Assembly (NCBI RefSeq): GCF_000010065.1
Contig: NC_006576.1
Span: 1,590,001 to 1,622,000 of the forward strand
Source: Synechococcus elongatus PCC 6301
Lineage (GTDB): Bacteria > Cyanobacteriota > Cyanobacteriia > Synechococcales > Synechococcaceae
Direction: 5' to 3'
DNA length: 32,000 bases
Shown: piece after piece, positions 29,646 to 32,000 of the stretch
How the letters are laid out: each line of letters opens with the position of its first letter
Numbering within the stretch: the first letter of the stretch is position 1
The notes under the pieces: model-generated
Seen by the model: only the letters and a program-made list of their open reading frames with translations
What the model was told of the DNA's origin: nothing
The model's database searches: none
Made by a program: the position numbers and the translations under genes

Positions 29646-30773
29646 CTAGCTGCGCAACTGAATCGGCATCACCAAGTAGGTGATTTTGACGGGTCCCAAC
29701 GGACTGAGCACGACAGGGCTGGTGTTGCTGTTGAGCTGAATCTGAATGTCCGTGGTGTTCAAGGCTTTCAGCCCTTCGGCGAGGTAGCGCACATTGAAGG
29801 CGATCTCCAAGGGTTCACCGATGATTTCAGCCGGCACGGCTTCTTGACCGCTTCCCACATCCTGTGCATCGACTGCTAAGGCTAGGCGATTGTTCTCCGG
29901 ATCAAGGGAAAGACGGATGGCGTTATTTTGCTGATCCGCCAACACTGCAATCCGCTCCAGCGCGGCCAGCAGGCGTTTGCGATCGACGGCAACGTTGCGA
30001 TTGAACTCCCGCGGAATCAGCTGCCCGTAGTTGGGATATTGGCCATCCAATGTCCGGCTCGTTAGGTACTGGTCGCCCCACTGGAAGACAGTCTGACCTT
30101 GGTCATGATAAAGCGCGATCGCCTCGTCACTGCCGCGAATCGCGATCATCCGCTCTAGGTCCCGTAAGGCCCGCGAAGGCACCGTCACAGCAAACTCAGT
30201 AGCTGGAGTTGCTGCGGCATTCTCGGTTTTAACCACAGCCAAGCGGTGACCGTCCGTCGCTGCAAACTCTAGGCCATCGGGTTGTACCTTGAGGTGGACG
30301 CCCGTCAGGATTTGCTTGGTTTCATCCCCACTAGTCGCAAACAGGGTGCCACGCAGCCCTTCGATCAAAGCGCTGGCGGAGAGTTGTAGAGCTTCTTGGC
30401 TCTGAACCAGAGGCAACTCAGGAAATTCATCGGCACTGATCCCCCGCATTTGGTACTGGCCAGACCCCACTGACAGAGTCGCCGCTGCATCGTTGTCTTC
30501 CAGCGTGACGTCGCTGTCGTTGGGGAGGCGCGAAACGATATCGTTGAGCAGCTTGGCCGGTAGAGTGATGGCACCGCTCCGTTCGACTTGCGCGGCAAAG
30601 CTGGTTTGAATTCCGAGGCTGAGATCAAAGGCGGTTAAGCTCAGTCGTTGAGTACCGGCATCAGCCGCTAGAAGCACGTTGGCAAGCACCGGATGATTCG
30701 GGCGGGAAGGTACAGCACGGCTAACGAGCGACAGACTGGTATTCAGTTCGTTTTGGCGACAGACCAACTTCAT
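29646..30773 (-). CDS. dnaN: DNA polymerase III beta subunit (sliding clamp)
   Basis: Start ATG 30773 (MKLVCRQNELNTSLSLVSRAVPSRPNHPVLANVLL). Contains FAATDGHRLAV and the C-terminal YLVMPIQLRS. The ORF-track start at 30839 is an upstream extension. Confidence 0.96.
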   Translation of the reverse strand: MKLVCRQNELNTSLSLVSRAVPSRPNHPVLANVLLAADAGTQRLSLTAFDLSLGIQTSFAAQVERSGAITLPAKLLNDIVSRLPNDSDVTLEDNDAAATLSVGSGQYQMRGISADEFPELPLVQSQEALQLSASALIEGLRGTLFATSGDETKQILTGVHLKVQPDGLEFAATDGHRLAVVKTENAAATPATEFAVTVPSRALRDLERMIAIRGSDEAIALYHDQGQTVFQWGDQYLTSRTLDGQYPNYGQLIPREFNRNVAVDRKRLLAALERIAVLADQQNNAIRLSLDPENNRLALAVDAQDVGSGQEAVPAEIIGEPLEIAFNVRYLAEGLKALNTTDIQIQLNSNTSPVVLSPLGPVKITYLVMPIQLRS

Positions 30774-30829
30774 GGGGGGAGGCTGCCCGAGCCTTTGATC
30801 GCAATCTTGCCAAAGCATCGTAGCACTGC

Positions 30830-31094
30830 TCTTCCACAAGGATTTTTGACGGTGCGATTACTAGATCGGATCTCTTTTTTAATTTTTAGATCAGTAGTAG
30901 TAGGGGCTGTGGAAAATGTGGAAAAGATCCTGGAAAGCTTTCATAGCAAGACTTTCAGCGATCGACCCCTGTGGAAAAGCTGTGGAAAAACTAAGAGGGT
31001 TTTCCACAGGGGGGATCAAGGGGGGTTCCTTTCTCCACAGACTGAAGGGGTTTTCCACAAGAAATCCACAGGTTTTTCCACAGAGTTATCCACA
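30830..31094. other. oriC: Probable chromosome replication origin (oriC), DnaA-box cluster
   Basis: Seven exact TTTTCCACA boxes: minus strand at 30908-30916, 30917-30925, 30970-30978 and 30981-30989; plus strand at 31000-31008, 31051-31059 and 31074-31082. One TTATCCACA at 31086-31094. Near matches at 30830-30838 (TCTTCCACA), 31031-31039 (TTCTCCACA) and 31062-31070 (AAATCCACA). An AT-rich tract (TCTCTTTTTTAATTTTTAGA) is at 30871-30890. Adjacent to dnaN. Confidence 0.93.
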
Positions 31095-31098
31095 GACT

Positions 31099-31737
31099 TT
31101 GCAGGCGATTATTTTTGATTTTGATGGAACTTTAGTAGATTCTCTGCCTACTGTAGTTGCAATCGCTAATGCTCATGCCCCGGATTTTGGTTATGACCCG
31201 ATCGATGAGCGTGACTATGCGCAACTGCGTCAGTGGTCTTCCCGCACGATCGTGCGGCGTGCGGGTCTGTCACCTTGGCAGCAGGCGCGGTTACTCCAAC
31301 GGGTGCAACGCCAGCTAGGGGATTGTCTACCGGCGCTGCAGCTCTTTCCTGGGGTTGCAGACCTCTTGGCTCAACTGCGATCGCGATCGCTCTGTCTTGG
31401 GATTCTTAGCTCCAACAGTCGGCAGAACATCGAAGCCTTTTTGCAACGACAAGGTCTGCGATCGCTGTTCTCTGTCGTTCAAGCTGGAACGCCCATTTTG
31501 AGTAAGCGTCGGGCTCTCAGTCAGTTGGTGGCTCGCGAGGGCTGGCAGCCAGCAGCTGTGATGTATGTCGGCGATGAAACCCGCGATGTGGAAGCTGCTC
31601 GTCAGGTGGGTCTGATTGCTGTGGCCGTGACTTGGGGCTTTAACGATCGCCAAAGCCTGGTCGCGGCCTGTCCTGATTGGCTACTAGAAACTCCCTCAGA
31701 CCTATTGCAAGCTGTGACGCAACTGATGCGACAGTAG
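31099..31737 (+). CDS. HAD-superfamily hydrolase, phosphoglycolate phosphatase-like
   Basis: Contains IIFDFDGTLVDS, ILSSNSRQN and MYVGDETRDVEAARQVGLIAVAVTWGF. The start is ambiguous: ATG 30916, GTG 30982 and TTG 31099 are all in frame, and the conserved domain begins right after 31099. Confidence 0.85.
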   Translation: MQAIIFDFDGTLVDSLPTVVAIANAHAPDFGYDPIDERDYAQLRQWSSRTIVRRAGLSPWQQARLLQRVQRQLGDCLPALQLFPGVADLLAQLRSRSLCLGILSSNSRQNIEAFLQRQGLRSLFSVVQAGTPILSKRRALSQLVAREGWQPAAVMYVGDETRDVEAARQVGLIAVAVTWGFNDRQSLVAACPDWLLETPSDLLQAVTQLMRQ

Positions 31738-31795
31738 GGACGTTGTTGTGGGTGGTGCAGTAAATTGGGCAGGTTGGAAAATGACCAAAAGTTAA

Positions 31796-31824
31796 GTCCT
31801 GATCCTTGGTCAAAGAATCAGGAC
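31796..31824 (-). terminator. Candidate stem-loop between the convergent HAD gene and thrC
   Basis: Perfect 8-bp inverted repeat GTCCTGAT/ATCAGGAC with a 13-nt spacer and no strong T-run. Confidence 0.35.
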
Positions 31825-31857
31825 AAAAAGGCGAAGGTTGCGTAGAAGAAATTGGAA

Positions 31858-32000
31858 TTAAAAGCCCATGGTGTGAGCCACGATATCTAAATCAGGCTCA
31901 ATTCCAGCTTTGAAACCTGTGTGGCTAAATTCGATCGCACTGCTGGGATCCTTGAGGCCATTACCAGTCAGAACGCAGACGATCGTAGCGCCGTCTGGGA
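31858..32000 (-). CDS. thrC: Threonine synthase, C-terminal fragment truncated by the window edge
   Basis: The reverse complement reads PDGATIVCVLTGNGLKDPSSAIEFSHTGFKAGIEPDLDIVAHTMGF*, with VCVLTGNGLKDP typical of the ThrC C-terminus. It is absent from the supplied ORF track because it is truncated. Confidence 0.83.
   Translation of the reverse strand, partial: PDGATIVCVLTGNGLKDPSSAIEFSHTGFKAGIEPDLDIVAHTMGF

Noticed and set aside
30908-31094. Possible CRISPR or integron-like repeat cluster
   Set aside because: The repeated 9-mers are DnaA boxes in both orientations with irregular spacing next to dnaN, which fits oriC.
1-32000. Search for tRNA/rRNA genes, IS elements, prophage, toxin-antitoxin or defence islands
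   Set aside because: I saw no transposase, integrase, phage, restriction or toxin-like motifs, no terminal inverted repeats, and no tRNA cloverleaf or CCA-type ends by eye. A run of tRNAscan-SE, Infernal and PADLOC/DefenseFinder would settle it.

Overview
This window looks like ordinary cyanobacterial core chromosome. It is very probably Synechococcus elongatus (PCC 7942/6301 type), inferred from the gene content, the dense GCGATCGC (HIP1) palindromes and a dnaN-linked replication origin. From left to right it contains: a biotin operon on the minus strand (bioF, an alpha/beta hydrolase in the BioH role, bioC and the first 14 codons of bioD); an aldo/keto reductase; a DUF1400-like hydrolase; a DUF4336-like protein; a Ca2+/H+ antiporter; a membrane pentapeptide protein; cobK; a small protein with an HESVH motif; ferredoxin-sulfite reductase (sir); glyS; a KDPG aldolase; a PH-like membrane protein; a tiny Gly-Gly-Glu-tailed lipoprotein; a PiuC-like dioxygenase; an HTH-like protein; rpsF; DedA; argG; a YtxH/DUF948-like cluster; an NCS2 permease; purF; purL; a PRC-barrel protein; dnaN; a DnaA-box cluster (oriC); a HAD phosphatase; and the 3' end of a threonine synthase. 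I found no CRISPR array, transposon, prophage, rRNA or tRNA. No clearly new multi-gene system is evident. The best leads are a ribbon-helix-helix-like (CopG/Arc-like) C-terminal tail on the sulfite reductase, directly abutting a putative membrane zincin; the GGE-repeat lipoprotein; a non-canonical nucleophile motif in the biotin-operon hydrolase; and DnaA boxes lying within the possible N-terminal coding region of the HAD gene.
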